NCBI GenBank assembly: GCA_038045705.1
Contig: JBBSXO010000003.1
Location: 96,001-160,000, forward strand
DNA length: 64,000 nt
Source of the DNA: Nanobdellota archaeon
GTDB taxonomy: Archaea; Nanobdellota; Nanobdellia; Pacearchaeales; GW2011-AR1
Direction of reading: 5' to 3'
Both the position numbers and the translations under genes were made by a program. The stretch's first letter is position 1. Every line of letters begins with the position of its first letter. Shown piece by piece: positions 10,543 through 19,372 of this stretch. Below the pieces are notes generated by a model, which saw only the letters and a list, made by a program, of their open reading frames with translations, was not told where the DNA came from and searched no databases.

Positions 10543-12321
10543 ATGAAAAATAGTAAAGAGTTAGATGTCAAATACATTCTGAAAACTTATTGGAGTTTTG
10601 TTAAAAATTATAAATTGCTTATTTTAGGTGTAACAATTTCAGTATTATTAATTACCTTATCAAGCATAGGAGTGAGATATTTATTCAAGTACCTCTTAGA
10701 TAACGGAGAATTATTTTCTAACGGGGAAATAACAATATCTATTTTTACAAATCTTATTCTCTTAGTTGCAATTCTGTGGGCGGTAGCAGTATTCATAGCC
10801 TGTACAGCCAGATGGTTTAGATCGCATTTTATAAACATACTAGAAGCAAAGTCAGTATTTAACTTAAAAAATTATTATTACAACCACATATTAACTCTTT
10901 CATACAAATTTCACACTACTCATAAAACAGGTTCTCTAATCTCACGATTATTAAGGGGTTCAAGCGCAATGGAAAGAATCTCAAATTTCGCATTTTACCA
11001 AACATTAGCAATTATCTTTGAAGTGGCATTATCAGGTACCGCTCTAATTCTTGTAAGTTGGAAAATAGGCTTAGTTATTGTATTAACAGCTATAATTTTC
11101 ACAACATATAGCTATAATCTACAAAAAAGGCAAAGAGAATTAAAAGTAGTCGCGAATACTATAGAAGACATAGAAAAAGCATTTACCTCTGACACTTTAA
11201 CAAATATAGATTCAATAAAATATTATGGTAAAGAAAATGTGATTATGAACAAATATTATTCTGCAACAGAAAAAACAAAAAATGCCTGGTTTAAAGAATC
11301 TCAACTTGATCGTTGGAGAAGCTCTATTGAAAGCTTGATTATGAATATTGGAGGGTTAATAGTTATAATTATAGCAACAATATCTTTCATGAAAGGAGAT
11401 TCGACTATTGGTGTATTGTCATTCACTTGGATGTCCTATTGGGCCATAATAAGCAGTATGCAGACATTTATGGAAGGACTAAGAGGGTACAATAGAGCTG
11501 TTGCAGATTTCAAAGACTTATTTGAATATGGAAAAGTTCAAAACGACATCAAAGATAAAAAAGATGCAAAAGACTTAGAAATAAAAGAAGGAGTTATCGA
11601 ATTTGATAATGTCAACTTTCAATACCACCAATCAGGCTTGTTCAAAGACTTCAACCTTAAAGTTCAAAAAAATCAAAAAGTAGCATTAGTAGGGCACTCA
11701 GGTTCAGGTAAATCTACTCTAGTAAAATTACTTTATAGATTATATGATTTGGATAATGGTCAAATAAAAATAGACAATATGAATATAAAAGATGTTAAAC
11801 AAGAATCTTTACGTTCAGAATTAAGCATAGTTCCTCAAGAATGTGTTTTGTTTGATGATACAATATATAACAATATTTTATTTTCAAATCCAAAGGCATC
11901 TTACAAAGAAGTAATGCAGGCAATAAAATTTGCTCAATTAGATAAAGCAATAATAAATTTCCCTAATAAAGAGAAGACAATCGTAGGAGAGAGAGGAGTT
12001 AAACTTTCAGGTGGGGAGAAGCAAAGAGTATCTATAGCAAGAGCAATTTTAGCAAATAAGAAAGTCCTAGTATTAGATGAAGCAACTTCTTCATTGGATT
12101 CAAAAACAGAACATGAAATACAAAAGGATTTACAAAAACTAATGGAAGGAAGAACTTCAATAATTATAGCGCATAGATTATCAACAATAATGAATGCAGA
12201 TTTAATAGTTGTTCTAAGCAAAGGAAAAATAGTTCAACAAGGAACACATAAACAATTAATTAGTAAATTAGGGATTTACAAAGAACTATGGAGCCTTCAA
12301 AAAGGCGGATATATTGAGTAA
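10543..12321 (+). CDS. ABC exporter, fused permease/ATP-binding
   Basis: Multi-TM N-terminal domain; GHSGSGKS, LSGGEKQR, VLDEATS, AHRL. Confidence 0.95.
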   Translation: MKNSKELDVKYILKTYWSFVKNYKLLILGVTISVLLITLSSIGVRYLFKYLLDNGELFSNGEITISIFTNLILLVAILWAVAVFIACTARWFRSHFINILEAKSVFNLKNYYYNHILTLSYKFHTTHKTGSLISRLLRGSSAMERISNFAFYQTLAIIFEVALSGTALILVSWKIGLVIVLTAIIFTTYSYNLQKRQRELKVVANTIEDIEKAFTSDTLTNIDSIKYYGKENVIMNKYYSATEKTKNAWFKESQLDRWRSSIESLIMNIGGLIVIIIATISFMKGDSTIGVLSFTWMSYWAIISSMQTFMEGLRGYNRAVADFKDLFEYGKVQNDIKDKKDAKDLEIKEGVIEFDNVNFQYHQSGLFKDFNLKVQKNQKVALVGHSGSGKSTLVKLLYRLYDLDNGQIKIDNMNIKDVKQESLRSELSIVPQECVLFDDTIYNNILFSNPKASYKEVMQAIKFAQLDKAIINFPNKEKTIVGERGVKLSGGEKQRVSIARAILANKKVLVLDEATSSLDSKTEHEIQKDLQKLMEGRTSIIIAHRLSTIMNADLIVVLSKGKIVQQGTHKQLISKLGIYKELWSLQKGGYIE

Positions 12322-12327
12322 TAGGTT

Positions 12328-12564
12328 CTATTTATTATAAAAAGTGTGTACAAATTTGCTATAATCTCCTTTTCCTAAAGCACCAGGTGTCAGACTGGTA
12401 TCAGCAACATATACATTATATTTATCTACAAGTCCTTGAGCAATAAAATCCTTAAGTCTTCCAACTAAATTCAAAATATTCCCTTCTCTAATATTAACAT
12501 TTCCATCTCTATCACAAAAAACAAATGAGTCTCCATCTCTTTCAACAAAATTAGGTCTAGACAT
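12328..12564 (-). CDS. Small hypothetical protein
   Basis: ATG 1 nt after the rpl15e stop, same strand. Confidence 0.6.
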   Translation of the reverse strand: MSRPNFVERDGDSFVFCDRDGNVNIREGNILNLVGRLKDFIAQGLVDKYNVYVADTSLTPGALGKGDYSKFVHTFYNK

Positions 12565-12565
12565 T

Positions 12566-13150
12566 TTACTTCCCGCGTCTATTCCAAGCTCTTAGAGAAG
12601 GTCTAACTTTCAAAGCAGGACTATGTCCTCTTCTTGTTATCAATCCACGAGATTGCTTACCCGCAGATGTCAGACCGCGCTCAACTCTACCTCTGTGGTG
12701 TCCAGAGTAAATCCAACTCATAGTCTTATCATTTTTAATTTCAGGCATATGAGGATCAACCAAAATTACTTCAAAAAAATAATGTTTCCCATCCTTTCCA
12801 ATCCAATAAGAATTCAAAACTTCAAGATTGTTAAAAAACTTAGTAGCCCTCATTTCCGCAACCCATCTATAACTCATCTTCAAGGTCTTCCTAATAGTTT
12901 GTTTTCTAGTTTTACGACCCTTAACACCATGTCTCTTCCTTGTTCTTCCACCCCTCATAACACGTATACGAGCAACAACAAAACCTTTTTTTGCCTTATA
13001 TCCAAGAGATCTAGCTCTATCTAGTCTTAAAGGTTTATCAACAACCACTACTGCTTCTCCAGCACGCCAAGCAATCATTCTTTCACGCATAATTGCAGTA
13101 TCAGGTTTCTTCCACGCCTCACGCATATAATGATACATACTTTGTGCCAT
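12566..13150 (-). CDS. rpl15e: 50S ribosomal protein L15e
   Basis: RLDRARSLGYKAKKG, NLEVLNSYW, FEVILVDP, RGLTSAG motifs. Confidence 0.98.
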   Translation of the reverse strand: MAQSMYHYMREAWKKPDTAIMRERMIAWRAGEAVVVVDKPLRLDRARSLGYKAKKGFVVARIRVMRGGRTRKRHGVKGRKTRKQTIRKTLKMSYRWVAEMRATKFFNNLEVLNSYWIGKDGKHYFFEVILVDPHMPEIKNDKTMSWIYSGHHRGRVERGLTSAGKQSRGLITRRGHSPALKVRPSLRAWNRRGK

Positions 13151-13151
13151 G

Positions 13152-13227
13152 TTCAGAATTCTCTAATATTGCATGAGAAGTCATGCCAGTTTAATTCTGA
13201 ATCATAAACAAACTTTGTTTGTGCCAT
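13152..13227 (-). promoter_or_regulatory. Candidate rpl15e 5' leader: nested hairpin plus 24-aa uORF
   Basis: ttcagaatt/aattctgaa (13152-13160/13193-13201) encloses gcatga/tcatgc (13171-13186); uORF 13227->13153. Confidence 0.55.
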
Positions 13228-13265
13228 TCTAGATTTTGTAAATCACCGTTTAAAAAGGCTTCTAT

Positions 13266-13664
13266 TCAGTTCAAAAAAACAGATCCATTTACATTATAAA
13301 TAAAGTTATTACCTATTATAATATCTCCTATAACATTAGAAATAGGAAGCGCAACAGCATGTTTTCCATCCAGTGTTCTGACATAAACCGAATTCTCTAG
13401 AATATTAGCTTGATATTCCAGTCCATTCAAATTACTAGGAAGACTAAATTGCCTTGAATAACCATTGGCAGATCCATGTGCCAAAACTATCTCATCCTGT
13501 ACTGTAAGAGCAACTTCTTTAACTAGAGCAGAAAGAGCCTCTCGCTGAGTATCAGCTATCTTATTTTGAACAAAATAAAGCATACCCACAAATAGAAAAA
13601 GAACAGCAATAACGAGAATCACAAACTCAATAGCAGACTGACCTCTGTTTTTTTTAAAATTCAC
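13266..13664 (-). CDS. Type IV pilin-like protein (class III signal peptide)
   Basis: KKNRG|QSAIEF followed by a hydrophobic helix. Confidence 0.88.
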   Translation of the reverse strand: MNFKKNRGQSAIEFVILVIAVLFLFVGMLYFVQNKIADTQREALSALVKEVALTVQDEIVLAHGSANGYSRQFSLPSNLNGLEYQANILENSVYVRTLDGKHAVALPISNVIGDIIIGNNFIYNVNGSVFLN

Positions 13665-14064
13665 TGATTAATACCTCATTCTGTTGTGCTAAAATCTCTA
13701 TTCTTTTTACACCATCAGTATGAGATACATTTCCAGATAATGGAACATTACTTGTAAAAGACATAGTAGTTATTCCAGAACTTGTAGATATGCTCACAAC
13801 TATTTCATCAGGTGCTATTTCAAAACGAGTTATTCCAATAGGCAAATAGCCTGTAATTGTCAGTTTTGAAGGTTCGCCAGCATAAAAAACAGATTCTGCG
13901 CTAGAAATTATTTTGTTAGCAAGGTTAGAAACTTGAGAAACCTTTATCTGATCATTAGTTATTGAAGTATAAAAAAAAGCAACACCCAAAATTCCCAATA
14001 CAAGAAAAACAACAAATCCAACAACTATCAAGTATTCAGTACTTATCTGTCCATTCTTTAACAT
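13654..14064 (-). CDS. Type IV pilin-like protein (class III signal peptide)
   Basis: KNG|QISTEY followed by a hydrophobic helix. Confidence 0.88.
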   Translation of the reverse strand: MLKNGQISTEYLIVVGFVVFLVLGILGVAFFYTSITNDQIKVSQVSNLANKIISSAESVFYAGEPSKLTITGYLPIGITRFEIAPDEIVVSISTSSGITTMSFTSNVPLSGNVSHTDGVKRIEILAQQNEVLISEF

Positions 14065-14114
14065 AAAAGAAGAAAGCAGACAAGGTTTATAAAATAAGTG
14101 ACCTATATCCAGAT

Positions 14115-14660
14115 ATGAGTAATAAAAGAGGAAGAGGCTTAAACATAGTTATATCTTTAATTATCTTGTTTGCTGTAATTCACGGAACAACACATATCAT
14201 TCTTTTTGGAACAAGTTTGTCTTTAGTCAAAACTATCGGATTATCTGGTTTAGCAATAGGAGATACAAACACAGAAAATATTGAAAACTCAATAAAACAA
14301 AATGAAAAAATAACATTGCCATCAATTATGATAATAATAGCTGAATGGGTCTTAATTTTTTCACTTCTAACATTATCTTCTATAAAAAAACATGTAGCAG
14401 AATCTATGCAAAAATCAACACATATAGAATTAATCAAAAAAAAGAATAAGTCTGACACAGAAATAGATGTTTTATATGAAATGCTTAAGAAAAATAAAAG
14501 AATCGCTCTGTCAAGACTAGCAGAACTATTCAAAGTAGATAAAAAAGTGGTTGAAGAATGGGGAAAAATATTGGAAGAAAATGGTTACGTAGTAGTAGAT
14601 TATCCAAGATTCGGAGAAATAGAACTAAGACTAAAAGATGAAGAAACACCTAAAGTATAA
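14115..14660 (+). CDS. Pilus-locus membrane protein with C-terminal winged-HTH-like domain
   Basis: Two or three TM segments; LSRLAELFKVDKKVVEEWGKILEENG. Confidence 0.75.
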   Translation: MSNKRGRGLNIVISLIILFAVIHGTTHIILFGTSLSLVKTIGLSGLAIGDTNTENIENSIKQNEKITLPSIMIIIAEWVLIFSLLTLSSIKKHVAESMQKSTHIELIKKKNKSDTEIDVLYEMLKKNKRIALSRLAELFKVDKKVVEEWGKILEENGYVVVDYPRFGEIELRLKDEETPKV

Positions 14661-16311
14661 ATCAAAAAGAAAGCCAGTTAGCAAACACAAACATAGCAAG
14701 AGCATTGTAAAAAGGATTAAAAATCATAGCAATAACTTTAAGATAAATAAAGAACATGATGAAAAAAAAGAAATTCATAAACCTCAGAAGCATGTTTTAT
14801 TATTAAAAAGTAAATCCAAAAAAGAATCAAGCAATGAAACAAACTATGTTATAGAAGTAGATGGAGCAGAAGTTACTATAGATATAAAAAAACAAGATGA
14901 TAATTATATTTACAGCATAAATTTACCAAAGTTTAACATTGGCACAGAATCACTTATAAAATATGTAAAAAATGAACTAATAACTAGCGCCACCATTAAT
15001 CTTCAAGAAATGTCAGAACAAGAATCTTTTGTAAAAATGAAACAAAGATTCCTAGGAGAAATAAATTCTTTATTGAAAGAAAAGCTACCAAATATAGAAC
15101 CAGAAACAGAAAAGACAATTGCAGGAATGCTTATGCAAGATATGTTGGGTCTTGGAGAAATAGAATTCTTAATTAACGACCCAAACTTAGAAGAGATAGT
15201 AATTCAATCTTCTAAAGAACCAATAAGAGTTTATTCTAAAAAATATGGTTGGTTAAAAACAAATATTTTCATACCAACAGAAGATAGCATAATTAACTAT
15301 GCGAATATCATAGCTAGAAGAGTCGGTAGGCAAATCACAGTACTAGACCCTTTATTAGATGCTCACCTCTTAACTGGAGATCGTATAAATGCCGTTCTCT
15401 ATCCCATAAACTCAAAAGGAAGCACAATAATAATAAGAAAATTTTCAAGAGATCCATATACAATAATAGATTTAATAAAAAATAAGACTTGCAATTTAGA
15501 CATAGCTTCCCTTTTATGGCTCGCAGTAGAATATGAGATGAACATACTTGTTTCTGGGGGAACTGCGTCAGGAAAGACTTCTTTCTTAAATGCTTTTATG
15601 CCATTCATACCACCAAACCATAGAATAATTAGTATAGAAGATACAAGAGAATTAGTCTTACCAGACTTTCTTTATTGGAATCCATTAGTAACTAGGACTT
15701 CAAATTCTGAAGGAAAAGGAAAAGTAACGATGCTAGATTTATTAATTAACTCATTACGTATGAGGCCAGATAGAATTATCTTAGGAGAAATGAGAAAACA
15801 TGAAGAAGCAATGGTTCTTTTTGAAGCAATGCACACAGGACACTCTGTTTATGCAACACTTCATGCAGACTCTGCTCCAGAGACAATATCTAGATTAACA
15901 AATCCTCCAATTGATATTCCAGCAAACTTACTCAAAGCAGTTAACCTCAATGTAGTAATGTTTAGAGATAGAAAAAAAGGAATAAGAAGAATATTACAAG
16001 TAGCAGAGTTTGATACAGAAGGAGATAGAGCAACAGCAAACATAATATACAGATGGGTCCCTGAAAAAGATCAAATAATTGAACATAGAGAGAGTATGAG
16101 ATTTTTTGAAGACTTGAGTAGACATACAGGCCTCTCAGAAATAGAGATAAAGAAAGAGTTAGAAGAAAGAAAGAAGATATTAGATTGGTTAATAAAAAAT
16201 AATTTGCGTTCAATTAAAGAAGTTGGAAATACTATAGAATTATTCTATCAAGACAAACCAAGTTTAACTGAAATAATGCGTAAAAATGATATTACCAAAA
16301 TCAAAGAATGA
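14638..16311 (+). CDS. Type II/IV secretion/pilus assembly ATPase (TadA/ArlI/VirB11 family)
   Basis: GGTASGKT, SIEDTREL, LRMRPDRIILGEMR, TGHSVYATLHA. Confidence 0.96.
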   Translation: MKKHLKYKSKRKPVSKHKHSKSIVKRIKNHSNNFKINKEHDEKKEIHKPQKHVLLLKSKSKKESSNETNYVIEVDGAEVTIDIKKQDDNYIYSINLPKFNIGTESLIKYVKNELITSATINLQEMSEQESFVKMKQRFLGEINSLLKEKLPNIEPETEKTIAGMLMQDMLGLGEIEFLINDPNLEEIVIQSSKEPIRVYSKKYGWLKTNIFIPTEDSIINYANIIARRVGRQITVLDPLLDAHLLTGDRINAVLYPINSKGSTIIIRKFSRDPYTIIDLIKNKTCNLDIASLLWLAVEYEMNILVSGGTASGKTSFLNAFMPFIPPNHRIISIEDTRELVLPDFLYWNPLVTRTSNSEGKGKVTMLDLLINSLRMRPDRIILGEMRKHEEAMVLFEAMHTGHSVYATLHADSAPETISRLTNPPIDIPANLLKAVNLNVVMFRDRKKGIRRILQVAEFDTEGDRATANIIYRWVPEKDQIIEHRESMRFFEDLSRHTGLSEIEIKKELEERKKILDWLIKNNLRSIKEVGNTIELFYQDKPSLTEIMRKNDITKIKE

Positions 16312-17189
16312 CATTTCATATACCTTTTACAATAGCATCATTGAATAGACTTAAAATAAAGTCTAAAAAATATTCAAAGATATTTTCAGTCAAAAAAGAT
16401 TCAAAACTTAAAGATTATATCGATAAAGCAGAAGTGGAAATATCAAGAGAAGAATATCTTGGAATAGTGGTCAGAAGTTCATTAATGTTTTTCACAATAA
16501 CTTACGTTTTTTTAAGTACTATAATCGCTTTATTAAATCAAGGAAATCCGTTTCTAGTACCTCTAATTCCAGCTTTATCAGTAGGAATATTTACATCTTT
16601 TAGTCAGATAAATTACCCAAAAATACTAGCTGATAAACAACAAAAAGGAATAGAAAGAAATCTTCTTCCTGCAATGGAAGATATATTGATACAATTAAGC
16701 TCGGGAGTGCCATTATTTACAATTTTGGTAAATGTTTCGTCATCTGGTTATGGTCAATTAAGCATAGAATTCAAAAAGGCAGTAAAAAAAATTAATGCAG
16801 GTTTACCTCAAATAGAAGTAATAGATGAAATGGGTAAAAAAAATCATTCTATACTATTTAGAAAAGCATTATGGCAAATAAGCAATGGAATGAAAGCAGG
16901 AAGCAATATAACTGAAGTAGTTAGAGATATTATTCACTCCCTAAACGAAGAACAATATTTGCAATTGCAAACATATGGAAATAAACTAAATCCATTAATA
17001 ATGTTTTACATGCTGACTTCAATAATTTTACCTGCACTCGCCATAACGTTCCTTACAATAATCTCTTCAGTTGTAAATTTACCTGAAGCGACTACAATAG
17101 GTATGTTCGTAGGATTATATATAATGTCTGTGCTAGTACAAATAATGTTCCTTGGAGCAATAAGAACAGCTAAACCAAGTCTAATATAA
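16308..17189 (+). CDS. Pilus platform membrane protein (TadB/TadC/T2SS-F family)
   Basis: LSSGVPL, YGQLSIEF; T2SS-F topology; follows the ATPase. Confidence 0.9.
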   Translation: MTFHIPFTIASLNRLKIKSKKYSKIFSVKKDSKLKDYIDKAEVEISREEYLGIVVRSSLMFFTITYVFLSTIIALLNQGNPFLVPLIPALSVGIFTSFSQINYPKILADKQQKGIERNLLPAMEDILIQLSSGVPLFTILVNVSSSGYGQLSIEFKKAVKKINAGLPQIEVIDEMGKKNHSILFRKALWQISNGMKAGSNITEVVRDIIHSLNEEQYLQLQTYGNKLNPLIMFYMLTSIILPALAITFLTIISSVVNLPEATTIGMFVGLYIMSVLVQIMFLGAIRTAKPSLI

Positions 17190-18073
17190 TGAAACCAAAA
17201 AAAAGAATAAACATTACTACAATACTTATCATTTCATTAGTCTTATCTCTATTAACATATTACCTAACTAATAGTGTCTTAAAATCTATAATAGTCTTAA
17301 TTTCTACAGCAGTTATAATTTTCACATATATATCTACAAGGAAAAAATTAATAGAATCTCAAAAGATAAGAATGATGGAAATTGTTTTTCCAGATTTTTT
17401 ACAACTAATTTCAAGTAACCTCAAAGCTGGAATCACTATAGATAAAGCAATAGTAATTAGCTCAAGAAAAGAGTTCTCTCCACTAGATGAGCAAATTAAC
17501 CAGTTTGGTAGAGATATAGTAACTGGAAAACCTGTAGAGATAGCCATGAAAGAAATGTCTATAAGAATAAATTCAGAAAAAATAAGTAAAACAATAAACT
17601 TAATTATAACTGGTATGCGTTCAGGAGGAAATCTAGCTACATTACTTGAGCAAACATCTGCTAATTTAAAGGAAAGACAATATGTAGAAAAAAGAGCTGC
17701 TTCAAACATAATAATGTACATAATACTTATTTTATTTGCAGTAGGAATAGGAGCCCCAATATTATTTAGTCTTTCAACTGTTCTAGTAAGCGTACTAACT
17801 AAAATACTAGGAAATATTCCAGAAATTCAAACTTCTGTGGCAACACCATTTGCATTTACAAGCATAAATCTATCTTCAGCATTTATAACATATTTTGCAG
17901 TATTTTTTATAATAACAATAGATGTTCTTGGATCAATGGTAATCGGACTTGTTCAAAAAGGAGAAGAGAGAGAAGGACTAAAATATGCTATACCTCTGAT
18001 AGCACTAAGTCTTACAATGTTCTTTTTATTGAAGATAGTATTAGCAAGTTATTTCTCAAGAATACTAGGCTAA
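17189..18073 (+). CDS. Second pilus platform membrane protein (TadC/T2SS-F family)
   Basis: FPDFLQLISSNLKAG, RSGGNLATLL. Confidence 0.9.
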   Translation: MKPKKRINITTILIISLVLSLLTYYLTNSVLKSIIVLISTAVIIFTYISTRKKLIESQKIRMMEIVFPDFLQLISSNLKAGITIDKAIVISSRKEFSPLDEQINQFGRDIVTGKPVEIAMKEMSIRINSEKISKTINLIITGMRSGGNLATLLEQTSANLKERQYVEKRAASNIIMYIILILFAVGIGAPILFSLSTVLVSVLTKILGNIPEIQTSVATPFAFTSINLSSAFITYFAVFFIITIDVLGSMVIGLVQKGEEREGLKYAIPLIALSLTMFFLLKIVLASYFSRILG

Positions 18074-18103
18074 GTTAAGTTTTTATAATCAAATCAACAA
18101 TTC

Positions 18104-18889
18104 ATGTATATGAAAAAGAGTGTGAAAAAAGAGATAAAGAAAAAGATCAAAAAACCAACTAAAAAAGTAAATAGAAAAGGTAAATATGACTGTATAAGAA
18201 TATCAACTGGAATAAATGGATTTGATAAACTTATTGAAGGAGGACTTGAAAAAAATTCAACAAATCTAGTCGTAGGTGGACCAGGAAGTGGAAAAACAAT
18301 TCTTGCCACACAATTTATAGTTGATGGTCTAAAAAATGGAGAAAGTTGTTTATATATAACATTTGAAGAAAGTAAACAATCTTTTTACCATAATATGAAA
18401 AGATTTTCATGGCAGTTAGAAGAATATGAAAAAAAAGGGCTTTTCACGTTTCTTAATTACACTCCTGGAAAAGTAAAAAGCATGTTAGAGGAAGGCGGAG
18501 GAATAATTGAAAGTATTATTATAAACAATAAAATATCAAGACTAGCCATAGATAGTATGACTTCTTTTACATTATTATTTGAAGATGAATTAGAAAAAAG
18601 GGAAGCTTCTTTAGATTTATTTAATATGATAAAGAAATGGAACTGCACATCATTAATTACATTTGAAGGTACTCCAGAAGGAGAACATAAAGTGTATAGA
18701 GCATTAGAATTTGAATCAGATTCAATAATCTTAATGCAGTTCATAAGAAAAATTGTTTCAAGAGAAAGATATATAGAAATTTTGAAGATGCGTGGAACAA
18801 ATCACTCAAAAGGACTTTATAGATTCTCAATAACAAAAAAAGGAATAGAACTAAGCACAAATCCGATAAAGTCAATAAAAGAGGCTTAA
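18104..18889 (+). CDS. KaiC/RAD55/ArlH-like ATPase
   Basis: ISTGINGFD, GGPGSGKT, YITFEE, IDS, ILKMRGT. Confidence 0.93.
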   Translation: MYMKKSVKKEIKKKIKKPTKKVNRKGKYDCIRISTGINGFDKLIEGGLEKNSTNLVVGGPGSGKTILATQFIVDGLKNGESCLYITFEESKQSFYHNMKRFSWQLEEYEKKGLFTFLNYTPGKVKSMLEEGGGIIESIIINNKISRLAIDSMTSFTLLFEDELEKREASLDLFNMIKKWNCTSLITFEGTPEGEHKVYRALEFESDSIILMQFIRKIVSRERYIEILKMRGTNHSKGLYRFSITKKGIELSTNPIKSIKEA

Positions 18890-19372
18890 ATGAAAAGTAA
18901 AAAAGCCCAAGCATGGGGTTTTGATATGATAGTTGGTACTGGAATATTTATACTAGGAATAACAGCTTTTTTCCTATATACTGTAAATTATCCAACAGGG
19001 GAACAAGAAAAGCTAGATGACTTAATTTATGAAGGAAATATTATAGGGTCTAATCTATTATCTGAAGGCTTTCCAGCAGATTGGACAGTTTCAACAGTAT
19101 CGAAAATAGGTTTGTTATCTGATAAGATAATAAATCAAAGTAAACTTGAAGAATTTAATACTTTAGCATCATCAGAATATGGAAGAACAAAAGCGATATT
19201 TGGAATAAAATACAATTATTTTATTAATTTTTCAGAACCAATACAAATATCTGGGTCAAACATAGAAGGCATAGGACTTACTTCAGAAAATAAGAACAAC
19301 AACATAAAAGTATCAAGAGTTTCAATATATCAAAATAAACCAATCACTATAGATATACAAATATGGGACTAA
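18890..19372 (+). CDS. Minor pilin-like protein
   Basis: KKA|QAWGFD class III-like signal; LLSEGFPADW motif. Confidence 0.8.
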   Translation: MKSKKAQAWGFDMIVGTGIFILGITAFFLYTVNYPTGEQEKLDDLIYEGNIIGSNLLSEGFPADWTVSTVSKIGLLSDKIINQSKLEEFNTLASSEYGRTKAIFGIKYNYFINFSEPIQISGSNIEGIGLTSENKNNNIKVSRVSIYQNKPITIDIQIWD

